Of a stretch of 64,000 nucleotides of DNA, positions 17,340 to 26,387 are shown piece by piece. The stretch spans positions 62,001 to 126,000 of IMG/VR virus record IMGVR_UViG_3300044974_001280; one strand, given 5' to 3'. The notes under the pieces were generated by a model. It did not search any database, was not told the origin of the DNA, and was given only the letters and a program-made list of their open reading frames with translations. The number at the start of each line of letters is the position of its first letter. The first letter of the stretch is position 1. Made by a program: the position numbers and the translations under genes.

Positions 17340-18730
17340 TGAATTCGCACTTCCAGAAGGCCCAGGCTCTAACCTCGGTCGTTTTAGGTTTTGAATTTGA
17401 GTTTTACTCCGAGATGACTCGGGGAAGAATAGTTGAATCACTGTCGAAGGAGCTGGGCAAAAAAGTTCAGCTCTCTTCTAAATATCATTCTAAAATACCG
17501 GTTACTTCCTCGAGTTTTAAATTGGAACCCGATTATTCAGGAGGTAATAACATGAACGAATTGATCACAGGTCCCTTGCCCTATTCAGAAGCTATTCCCA
17601 TTTTAATCAAGACCCTCAGATGGATAGACGCCCATGGCTGGACCACAGATAAATGTGCCTTTCAGTTCTCTATCAGTTTTGACCCTCGAAACAGAGCCCT
17701 GGAAAAAATTGAAAAACTAGATAGACTGAAATTCATCCTGGGGATTGATGAGGGAGTCATCTATTCTCAATTCGGCAATCGGACTGGCAATGTTTATGCC
17801 AAATCAATCAAAAAAATCGTGCCCAGAAATAGGTTTTCTATTTTAGAGAACATTTCTAGCATAGATCCCAAACTCTTTAAAACCCCCGATGAAAAATATT
17901 ACGGAGCTAATTTTTCCAAACTGCCCAAAGGCTACTTGGAAATCAGATATCTAGGAGGCACGGACTACGAAAAGAAAATCCCGGCCATCCGAGAAGTTGT
18001 CGATTACGTGTCACTATTTCTCCATGACATCTTGTCTGGCAAAAGAGGATACACTCGTCAGGATCTGGAAAAACTCCAGGAGATGATGAGACAACACACA
18101 AAGGTGGTCAAAAGCTTTTCTAATCCAGATTCTTTCTTCTCCAATTTTCCGGATTTTCACGTCCTGATCGATCTCAAGGGCTACGAGGAAAACGTTAAAA
18201 CCTACTGGTCCCACATCAGAGAGAAGATTTTTGATCTCATCGTAGAAGGAGGAGTGACCTCTTGTTTCTTTAATTACGACACCTCCATCGGTCGATTTCA
18301 GATTAAGGATGCCAAGAGCAGGAATGGATTGATTATCAAAGATCTGGACATCTTCGACTCCTCCTTTAAAAATGCGAAACTTGAAAATTGCAAAATTTAC
18401 AGCTGTCAAATCAAGGACGCAGAGCTGCATAACTGCGAGTTGATGACCAGCTCTAAGATCAAAGATTCTAAATTTCAGAATTCTATTGCCAACTACGGCA
18501 ACCTCTTGGAGGATTGCTACATCGACTGTCCCGGTCAAAACATCGACTGCCAGATCAAAGGAGGTATTCTCAGAAATGGTGATCTGGGCAGAAATGCTCT
18601 GGTGAGTGAGCAGACCCAGAAGGTGAAGGATTTCAACGACATCAGAAATAATCGCTTTATTACCGATTCCAGGCTCAAAAATCTGAACGATCCGGTGAAG
18701 AAAATCAGATTCAAAAATATCAACTACTGA
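17339..18730 (+). CDS. putative amidoligase (COOH-NH2 ligase / Amidoligase_2-like) with C-terminal pentapeptide-like repeats
   Basis: LGFEFEF, FKLEPDYS, ELITGPL, KYYGANF, YLEIRYLGG follow the amidoligase motif order; tail NAKLENCKIYSCQIKDAELHNCEL has 5-residue periodicity; TAATG overlap with the S1 gene. Confidence 0.6.
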   Translation: MNSHFQKAQALTSVVLGFEFEFYSEMTRGRIVESLSKELGKKVQLSSKYHSKIPVTSSSFKLEPDYSGGNNMNELITGPLPYSEAIPILIKTLRWIDAHGWTTDKCAFQFSISFDPRNRALEKIEKLDRLKFILGIDEGVIYSQFGNRTGNVYAKSIKKIVPRNRFSILENISSIDPKLFKTPDEKYYGANFSKLPKGYLEIRYLGGTDYEKKIPAIREVVDYVSLFLHDILSGKRGYTRQDLEKLQEMMRQHTKVVKSFSNPDSFFSNFPDFHVLIDLKGYEENVKTYWSHIREKIFDLIVEGGVTSCFFNYDTSIGRFQIKDAKSRNGLIIKDLDIFDSSFKNAKLENCKIYSCQIKDAELHNCELMTSSKIKDSKFQNSIANYGNLLEDCYIDCPGQNIDCQIKGGILRNGDLGRNALVSEQTQKVKDFNDIRNNRFITDSRLKNLNDPVKKIRFKNINY

Positions 18731-18731
18731 C

Positions 18732-19514
18732 ATGACTCTAGAAGAACTAATTCAGGAAATCAAGGACGATTTATCGGTCAGTTGCTCTCTGCCCTACAAC
18801 CTTAACGACCAGGAGATTCAAAGGATTATCAGAAGAGCCAAAGCTTGGATGTATGATAATTACCAGTATGCGGTGGAGAAAAGGTACTTCGTGCTCGGGG
18901 GAGCTTTCTTTCAAACTCCCCAGTTTAGAAACACTAGACAGGTTCAGTTGCCTGATAAAATAGTGACAGTTTTTGACGTCAGAGAAACCAACGGCAACGG
19001 TATCTCAGGCAATCCAGATAAAGATTTCGGGGATTCTAAATTGATTGGCTCCGAGTTGCTGCTGTCCCCCTTTACTGGGGACAATCTGGTCTACAGAACT
19101 GTCATGTATTCTTATTTTGACTTGGCTCGGGCTTATCTATTACCGACTTACGCCTTTAACTGGAATAAGAACACCAAGAAATTGACAATTTTAGGCAGGG
19201 ACCCGGTCAGGGGAAATAATAGTTCTTCACCCCAGAGTAACGCCGGCTATAACCTGACTCAGGCGGTAGTGGTAAGCTGCTTCGTGGCCATCGAAGACTA
19301 CGAACTTTTTTCCGACGAACTATTTATCAGATATTGCCGAGCCCAAGCCAAAAATTCTCTGGTCAAACTTCTGAGCGCCTTTGACTATAACCTGCCGGGG
19401 GGAGTTAGAGTTAACACTCAAGCTCTGTCTGCTGAAGCTCAAGCAGAGATGACTGAGGTGATGGCAATGATAAATGGGGAAAATTCGACGAGTTATTTTT
19501 TGCAATGGAGTTAA
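18732..19514 (+). CDS. neck protein gp13-like
   Basis: LNDQEIQRIIRRA.....Y...E and FIRYCRAQAK......FDYNLPGGVRVN...L..EA match the T4 gp13 family (LPGG motif). Confidence 0.75.
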   Translation: MTLEELIQEIKDDLSVSCSLPYNLNDQEIQRIIRRAKAWMYDNYQYAVEKRYFVLGGAFFQTPQFRNTRQVQLPDKIVTVFDVRETNGNGISGNPDKDFGDSKLIGSELLLSPFTGDNLVYRTVMYSYFDLARAYLLPTYAFNWNKNTKKLTILGRDPVRGNNSSSPQSNAGYNLTQAVVVSCFVAIEDYELFSDELFIRYCRAQAKNSLVKLLSAFDYNLPGGVRVNTQALSAEAQAEMTEVMAMINGENSTSYFLQWS

Positions 19515-19624
19515 CTTATTAATAGGTATTTAACATATATGTCAATCGAGTTTTGGATCTATGACGAAAAGGGCAACAAATCTGTGAAATAGAACACATC
19601 CTTTTTTCCTCCTAATTCAATCGG

Positions 19625-19632
19625 GATATATA
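19625..19632 (+). promoter_or_regulatory. putative late promoter GATATATA
   Basis: Motif 17 nt upstream of gp25 ATG. Confidence 0.55.
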
Positions 19633-19648
19633 AGGGGAATTCTTCCCC

Positions 19649-20020
19649 ATGATAGAAATTTACAACAGAGATCCCGAAGACCCTAACTACAAGTCAGATG
19701 TTCTGGAAATTACAGATCCGATTGAGATCTGTATTGGTCAGCTAAAAATGATGCTGCTGACCAACAAGGGAGAGGTGCTAGGAGATCCTTCTTTTGGATT
19801 GGGCTTGGAAGAATTGGTCTTCACAATGGGTCTTTCTCAGAAGACCTTGACCGATGAAATAGATCGGCACATCCGTAATTACGTGCCCCTTTTCAACCAG
19901 TTGGGGGGATATTTTACCGTTGATTTTTACCTGGGGACTGCAAGAGACATAGTTTTTCTGAATTTTTTCATTCCCAGTTATGGTGGCAAGAGTCCATTGG
20001 TAACTCTAAAAGTAACTTAA
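19649..20020 (+). CDS. baseplate wedge subunit gp25-like
   Basis: QLKMMLLTNKGEVLGDPSFGLGLEELVF is the gp25/GPW signature. Confidence 0.85.
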   Translation: MIEIYNRDPEDPNYKSDVLEITDPIEICIGQLKMMLLTNKGEVLGDPSFGLGLEELVFTMGLSQKTLTDEIDRHIRNYVPLFNQLGGYFTVDFYLGTARDIVFLNFFIPSYGGKSPLVTLKVT

Positions 20021-20027
20021 AACAAAA

Positions 20028-21758
20028 ATGGCAAGCAATATATTTCAGAAGAACAATATTCTTATTCGGGGTCTGTTAAACGACACGTACAATTTTCTCC
20101 AGTTGACCTACAGTCAAACCCGAAACGTTTTCACGGTTGCCTCTGCCTGGGGTCAAATCCTTTTCGTGTTAGAAAACATCTCCCAACTGATCCTGTACTT
20201 TATCGAGGACTCTATCACCGAGTTGAACATCTATCAGGCAACGAGGGATTATTCCGTCAAAAGTTTGGCCCGGATAGCAGGATACGATCCGGCTAGAGGT
20301 ATGGCAGCACAGGGAGAAGTAGCTGTTTCCTGGAATCTAAAAGGGACTGATGTGGGAGGAGCGGCAGTTCTTTTATCAGGTCGTCCTAGAATCCAGTGTG
20401 AGCAGAACGGACAGATCTACACCCTGATCCTCAATGGGCCTTCAGTCAAGGTTCCCCTGTCTAGAGGTTCTACTTTTGCCTTTAAAATTGTCCAGGGTTC
20501 CTTTATCACCAACACTTTCACGGGAACCGGAGCCGCCCTGCAAAGTTACAATATCTATTCTAAATCGGGCACTTTAATCGACCAGTTTTACGTGGACGTT
20601 TTTGTCAACGATGTGCCCTGGAAGAAATATTTCTCTCTGTACGATATTCCTTTAAATGGCAGGGGATTTCTTTGTCGGTCTGGCATCACCGAGGGGATAG
20701 ACATTTACTTCGGGAACGGCAACTTCGGGCAGCCTCCTTTAAGGGGTAGTTTGATTCGGGTCGAATTTTTGCAAACCTCTGGTTTTACCGGCAATATTAA
20801 ATCGAGACGAGATCTGCAATTGACTTATAGATTTTTGGACTCTGGAACGGATCTCTTCGGGAGAGAAGTTAATCTGAATGATTATCTGACCATAGCAGGA
20901 GTTATCGATCCCTCTTTCGGTTCTGATCCAGAACCGGTGGCTTTAACTCGCCTGGTAGCTCCTAAAACCTCGAGAGCTTTCGTGTTTGCCAATGCAGAAA
21001 ATTACGAGATCTACCTGCAAAGATTCAACCTCTTTTCCCAAATTCAGGCTTTCAGCACCTTCGGAGATCAGTTTTTGGACGATGACAATGTGGTGTACCT
21101 TTTTCTGATCCCGAATGTGACTGTGGATTTGCTACTGGGACAAGACTATTTCGATGTGCCTGCCGAAAATTTTGTGCTGAGTCAATCCCAAAAACTAAGG
21201 ATTCTCAATTTACTGGAGGACTCGGGTCAAATGCTGGCCACAACTGTTGTGAAGATTCTGGATCCTCAAATTCAAAACTTTGTTGGCAACCTGATTTTAT
21301 CGATCTTTGAGGGTTATGATCCAGAGATCATTCAGGACAAATGTAGAACTGCTATCTCGGAATACTTCTTGAATCTGAAGAGAAGAGACAGAATTCCCAA
21401 ATCTGACATTATTGCCATTGTGGAAGGGATTGAAGGGGTTGACTCTGTTTCTTTCTACTTCGTAGGGCAGGCCAACGAGGAGTACCATGCCTCGGTTGAT
21501 AATTTACCAAATGTTTCCACTGCCCAATTAAATCGGTTAATAGGTCTAGATGTTTATGGAGACATTATTATCAATTCAGGAGAACTGATCCTGATGAGGG
21601 GTGGGTGGACAGATCGCTACGGCACGACTTATGAGGTTGGCATTGTTCCGGGTAAGCCCTCTGCCCTGAATATAAACATCTCCTCGATCAATCCTAGAAA
21701 TTTATCAAATCAGCTCAATTCAGAAGAGAGAGCTAGAATTATAGCCCAAAATAGATAA
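20028..21758 (+). CDS. baseplate wedge subunit gp6-like
   Basis: ATRDYSVKSLARIAGYDP, IYFGNGNFGQPP..GS.I.V.FL.TSG..GN, GSDPE....R..AP; follows gp25. Confidence 0.85.
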   Translation: MASNIFQKNNILIRGLLNDTYNFLQLTYSQTRNVFTVASAWGQILFVLENISQLILYFIEDSITELNIYQATRDYSVKSLARIAGYDPARGMAAQGEVAVSWNLKGTDVGGAAVLLSGRPRIQCEQNGQIYTLILNGPSVKVPLSRGSTFAFKIVQGSFITNTFTGTGAALQSYNIYSKSGTLIDQFYVDVFVNDVPWKKYFSLYDIPLNGRGFLCRSGITEGIDIYFGNGNFGQPPLRGSLIRVEFLQTSGFTGNIKSRRDLQLTYRFLDSGTDLFGREVNLNDYLTIAGVIDPSFGSDPEPVALTRLVAPKTSRAFVFANAENYEIYLQRFNLFSQIQAFSTFGDQFLDDDNVVYLFLIPNVTVDLLLGQDYFDVPAENFVLSQSQKLRILNLLEDSGQMLATTVVKILDPQIQNFVGNLILSIFEGYDPEIIQDKCRTAISEYFLNLKRRDRIPKSDIIAIVEGIEGVDSVSFYFVGQANEEYHASVDNLPNVSTAQLNRLIGLDVYGDIIINSGELILMRGGWTDRYGTTYEVGIVPGKPSALNINISSINPRNLSNQLNSEERARIIAQNR

Positions 21759-21759
21759 A

Positions 21760-22290
21760 ATGGCTCAAGACTTTTCCCCCTATTTTCCTCGGGACTCTGT
21801 TGAATCCTATACCCAGAGCGGATTGAAATTTAAATCCACTACTCCCTCTTTTGAAACAACCACCGATCTGTACCTTTCTCCTCTGAAAGCTCAGGAAAGG
21901 TCCTACAATCTAGGATGCAGTGGTTATAGAACAGCTATCACAAATTCGGTAGGACAAGTTCAGTACGCTCCTTGCACCAGCTTCTCCGAGTATCAGACTA
22001 TCATGAACCAAATGACAACGGTCAACAAGGCCCGAAGATGGTACGAGTTTGATCCACTGGAAACAATCAACGGGATTGAATCCTCGATCAATGATATCAC
22101 CTACGAAGGATTTAACTACAAAGAACAGCTGTTTGAAAGAACCATGTCGAACGTACTGTTTAAAGATCCCACCAAAAATTTGATTCTAAATTATTTTCAA
22201 CGGGTTGTTTTTGCCCTGATCGAAAACGTGAAACAGATTCGTAATTATTTTAACTATACGGTTCCGTACAACAATAGGAGAGTTTTCTAA
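21760..22290 (+). CDS. hypothetical baseplate-cluster protein
   Basis: 176-aa ORF tightly packed between gp6 and gp7-like genes; small Cys motif GCSG...YAPC. Confidence 0.6.
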   Translation: MAQDFSPYFPRDSVESYTQSGLKFKSTTPSFETTTDLYLSPLKAQERSYNLGCSGYRTAITNSVGQVQYAPCTSFSEYQTIMNQMTTVNKARRWYEFDPLETINGIESSINDITYEGFNYKEQLFERTMSNVLFKDPTKNLILNYFQRVVFALIENVKQIRNYFNYTVPYNNRRVF

Positions 22291-22292
22291 CT

Positions 22293-25200
22293 ATGGCAAA
22301 TCTGAATCTTAAATTTTTCAATAAAAGAGGCCAGCCCCTTAATTTAATTTATGTGGGACCAACCGGCTCTAGCCAGTTAGACACGATCTTTAGATACTCG
22401 GCCAATTCCACTACCTCCCTCCCCACCAACGGAACCTTTTCTCTACTCGATCTATCAACAGGTTCTATTTACCTGAATGTGACGGACCTAAGTGGTTACA
22501 ATATTACTAGCTGGGTCTCTTCTGTGCAGGAATCGCTCACCTCAGGAGCTAAAGTTAATCTGACCCTCTCGTACGCTCCTGCCCAGACCCTGCTCTGCAC
22601 TCTGTCTGCCGCCAGCCTGGCTGGGTCTATCGTCACTCTAACTGTGGCCCAGACCATCGGATCTCCTTTTATTTCTTCGGGGACTCCGGTTACCTTTACC
22701 ACAACCTACCAGAATTTGCCAGGTGGTTATTTTTCGGGAAATGTCTATTTTGATGAAATTTCGGCCGGTCTATATGAGAACGAGCAAATCTTCGTGGTCC
22801 AAGAATTCTACGATCCCTCAACCAATCAACCCTTTTTAGGGTTTCCCCACACGGGTGCTACTGGTTCCTCCTCTAATCCCCTGTGGAGAACTCGGTGGGA
22901 AAACAACACCTACGGTAACGTAGATGTAACCGAAATTATTTTCACCTACCAAATAGTCGATAATGATCCTGAAATCGGAGGCTCCCCTTCGATTCTAAAC
23001 TATCAGAACATAGTCATTCCTGTGATTAAGGATTCTCAGGACTATCTGGTGAACGGTCTTGTGTACACCGATGAGAACTCCACTCCCTCCCGAGCCCTTC
23101 AGGTGAACGTAGCCATCAATTCTGGCAATCTGGCGGCCAATGTCTACGAAAGAAAATTGATTATAGAAGACATCACGTACGGGATTACTGCTCCTCAAAA
23201 AATAGCTGAAATTCTTTTCTATGGCCAAATCATAGCCGAGGATTCAAGACTTGATGTTTTGACCCAAAATTTGGGCAGGGCTTTCTTTGGTTCCGACTCG
23301 GTCATCCTCCGAGATCACGATCCCTTCGAGATTCTGCCCAACTACGTTGAGATCAACGAGAAGAGAAAAGAGTTAATGGTGGCGGGGGAGGATATTTTTC
23401 CCTATATCGGAAGTTATAGGGGTTTGATTGGAGCTTTGAAATTTTTTGGTTATCAGGATTTGAGGATCAAAGAGTACTGGCTCAATTTGAATTACGGTCA
23501 GGTGTCCCTGCAGCCCCTGCAGCAGAACCAAATCTTTTTAAACAACAATTACGTTACTCCCTTCCCCAATCAACAAAGCCTGATTGCGGACGTTCTGGAG
23601 AACGAAAATAGTGGTAAATACAGACTAGTTCAGACCTGGGGACCAAATGAGGATGGGGAGTATGTGCTGGATGTTGCCAGCGAGGCAACTCTGGTTCCCT
23701 CTAGAACTTACAAAAAAACCTCGTTATTCGGTCTGTACTACGATTTGGTCACCACGACGGATCAGGTTGATCCCTATGGCTATCCTATTGTTCAAGAAAC
23801 CTTCCTCTTTACCCAGGAGGAAGTGCTCCTAAAACTTTTTGCTCTCAAGGAAAGACTGAAACAAAGTTACCTGCCTCTTAATGCCAGAATAGTGGATATC
23901 ACTGGAGAGGGCGTTTATTACAATGTGTACAACACCAGAGAATGGACCGATTTCATGGACCGCACCGACGTCGAATCGGGCAACAATTTTGATTTCATTG
24001 TCAATCCGGACTTTGGTTTCCTAGAGGATCTCAGAGCTTTTGGAGTCAGAGAAAATCCAGCCGGAATTCAGGCTCCTGCCAATTACGAAGACGTGATCGA
24101 TATTGAGGTTTACGTTGTTGGTGGAACTGGTGATGCCTTTAGGTTTGTGTCTGCTGCTGGAACTCCGGCTTCCCTGTTTTCTGCTTCTGGTTTTAATCCC
24201 AATTTGACCCTATTCGAAGGCAAAAGCTACAACTTCAATCTAGTTACCTCTGGTTTTGATTTTTTCATTACCACCGATAGTGGATTAACCGAGGTTGATC
24301 CTTTGGGCGTCGTCAATAATGGAGCAGTAGGAGGCCCACTAACGCTGAAGGTCAATCCTCAGGAACAGAACACACTCTACTACTTCTCGAGCGTCAACAC
24401 AGCTAGATTAAATGGCTCCATCTCGATCCAGCCCGATTCAGTCTCTGACTTGGGCAATATCATCCCCCCTTTAGTTAACAATCAACAGTACACCTCCTCC
24501 CAGAACACTTCTCTGCTGACTGCGATTTCGAATTTTTACTTCTTGAAAGAAAACGGCAAAGTAGTTCAATTGGGGGATGGTCTGACGGATCCTGTTTCTT
24601 ACCTGAATCCCACGACCGGTGAGCCCTACGAGAATCCCCTGGGCATGCCTCTGATTTTAGAACTGGTGGTAGATCGATGGGCGTGGGATGAGATGGGTCA
24701 AAACTGGAACGATCTGAGTCTACCCTCATACACAAGCCAACAGGCAGCCCTGACCTGGGGAACTATCGATTTTTCCGCCTATAATGAAGTCGAATGGATC
24801 ATCCAGAAATCTTCGACCCAATCGGGATCTGGTTATTCTTTTTCATTCAGGGGATTTGTGGCTGATTACTACAAACTTGCTCATTTCGTACCCTACACCG
24901 GGGAATACGAGGTTACTTGTCTTCTCTACGATGCCTTCAATTTTGTGAATCGGAGAATAGTTAAAACTGCCTTGACCGTTGCTCCAAAAGAGATCACGAT
25001 TGATGCCTGGACGAGATACAGAGAGAATGAGATCTACCTCTGGGATCAAACCATCAGAAGTTGGGATGCCTATCAGTCTATCTGGGAATATCCTGCCGAA
25101 GGCCAAACCTATGACGAATTGACTCGAGAAATTCCTGCTGCCGTTTTAGATTTTGCCGTCTATGGTAACAACGCCAACCAGGGTCAAAACCTACAGGTTC

Positions 25201-26363
25201 AGGCGACGATTCCTGCAGTTGGAGCTTCTGGAAGCTTTGTTTTGAACCAGAATATTCTCCCCGTGAGTGCTGCCTATTCTCTGTACATTTCGGGTAGCCA
25301 GTATGGGTTCATGAACATCTTTACCTCACAGCCCCATGGATTTCAGGCGGGGTCTCAGGTTTATCTGGCTGGTTTCATGCCCGAATTGAACTACAGTTGG
25401 GACGTCATCATTCCTTCTGGTTCAACAGGATACAATTTTCAAATTCCCTATATTCTGGGTGCTACTGCAGGAGTGGGGCTGACTGGAGGCACTGGCTCTG
25501 TCTCTGGAGCTACGGCCTACTACGTGGACCCTTCTTATTGGACCAATCAAAGGGTCACAGGTCAATCCGAAATCTCTGTTACTGTCAACGGCAGAGAAAT
25601 AGGTGCAACAAGCGGAGGGTCCAATCTTCAAGCCACGGTCAGTGCCCTTATCGAAACGATCAACTCGGTCGTGACACAGCCAGATTATTTTGCCCAGTGT
25701 CCAGCACCTGATGCTTCCCCAGCCCAAATCACGATCACCTCGGACGTCGATTCCGGTAACATCGGAAACGGAGATATTCTCTCTGTTTCTGTTAATGGCT
25801 CCCTAATTCTGGTCAGTTCTGATTCTCAACTGACAGGGGGTGCAACAGCCTCGACTGATTACGTCTCTTGGGATCCTCTGAGTGGTCAATTCCCGGTCGA
25901 GGCTCTCAAATACTATGGCACCAAAAATTTGACCTGGGACACATTTAATCAATCAATCTGGGACGAAGCCTATGCCCACGGTTGGTATAATTTCGAATAT
26001 CAGAACGGTTGGTTGGGTGGATTTGAGATCCACTCTGTTAAAGTCGGGGACCACCTTAAAATCTCAACAGGGGCTGAACCCTATCCTTTCCCAGTTGGTG
26101 TGACTTTTGGTGGAACTGGGACCAGTGGCTCTTTGACTTTGGCTTCCGCAGCCGAACAGCTTAATTCCTCCCCTGATCCTAGTATCACCAACTTCTATTA
26201 CCGGGTGATGCCTTCAAATTATGCTGGATCTTTAACAACCGTCGGCCCAGTTGATGTTGTTTTGACCTCTTTCGCAGCCACGGGTGGAACTGGAAGCGTG
26301 CCCCCGACAGCTCCTCCCGTCTGCGTGCCCGAACCACTGATGAATATCCCTATTTTAATTTGA
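22293..26363 (+). CDS. large baseplate wedge protein, gp7-like
   Basis: 1356 aa after gp6; IFPYIGSYRGLIGALKFFG...IKEYW resembles the gp7/P2 gpI (K/I)G(T/S)xxG motif; PKD-like YTGEYEVTCLLYDAFN; Trp-repeat segments. Confidence 0.55.
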   Translation: MANLNLKFFNKRGQPLNLIYVGPTGSSQLDTIFRYSANSTTSLPTNGTFSLLDLSTGSIYLNVTDLSGYNITSWVSSVQESLTSGAKVNLTLSYAPAQTLLCTLSAASLAGSIVTLTVAQTIGSPFISSGTPVTFTTTYQNLPGGYFSGNVYFDEISAGLYENEQIFVVQEFYDPSTNQPFLGFPHTGATGSSSNPLWRTRWENNTYGNVDVTEIIFTYQIVDNDPEIGGSPSILNYQNIVIPVIKDSQDYLVNGLVYTDENSTPSRALQVNVAINSGNLAANVYERKLIIEDITYGITAPQKIAEILFYGQIIAEDSRLDVLTQNLGRAFFGSDSVILRDHDPFEILPNYVEINEKRKELMVAGEDIFPYIGSYRGLIGALKFFGYQDLRIKEYWLNLNYGQVSLQPLQQNQIFLNNNYVTPFPNQQSLIADVLENENSGKYRLVQTWGPNEDGEYVLDVASEATLVPSRTYKKTSLFGLYYDLVTTTDQVDPYGYPIVQETFLFTQEEVLLKLFALKERLKQSYLPLNARIVDITGEGVYYNVYNTREWTDFMDRTDVESGNNFDFIVNPDFGFLEDLRAFGVRENPAGIQAPANYEDVIDIEVYVVGGTGDAFRFVSAAGTPASLFSASGFNPNLTLFEGKSYNFNLVTSGFDFFITTDSGLTEVDPLGVVNNGAVGGPLTLKVNPQEQNTLYYFSSVNTARLNGSISIQPDSVSDLGNIIPPLVNNQQYTSSQNTSLLTAISNFYFLKENGKVVQLGDGLTDPVSYLNPTTGEPYENPLGMPLILELVVDRWAWDEMGQNWNDLSLPSYTSQQAALTWGTIDFSAYNEVEWIIQKSSTQSGSGYSFSFRGFVADYYKLAHFVPYTGEYEVTCLLYDAFNFVNRRIVKTALTVAPKEITIDAWTRYRENEIYLWDQTIRSWDAYQSIWEYPAEGQTYDELTREIPAAVLDFAVYGNNANQGQNLQVQATIPAVGASGSFVLNQNILPVSAAYSLYISGSQYGFMNIFTSQPHGFQAGSQVYLAGFMPELNYSWDVIIPSGSTGYNFQIPYILGATAGVGLTGGTGSVSGATAYYVDPSYWTNQRVTGQSEISVTVNGREIGATSGGSNLQATVSALIETINSVVTQPDYFAQCPAPDASPAQITITSDVDSGNIGNGDILSVSVNGSLILVSSDSQLTGGATASTDYVSWDPLSGQFPVEALKYYGTKNLTWDTFNQSIWDEAYAHGWYNFEYQNGWLGGFEIHSVKVGDHLKISTGAEPYPFPVGVTFGGTGTSGSLTLASAAEQLNSSPDPSITNFYYRVMPSNYAGSLTTVGPVDVVLTSFAATGGTGSVPPTAPPVCVPEPLMNIPILI

Positions 26364-26387
26364 ACAAGACATAAAAAGTAAGAAAAA

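Noticed and set aside
18014-18733. 239-aa antisense ORF and similar shadows (2411-2728, 11859-12206, 45088-45495, 63466-63967)
   Set aside because: Fully overlap better-supported genes on the opposite strand and have no recognisable motifs.
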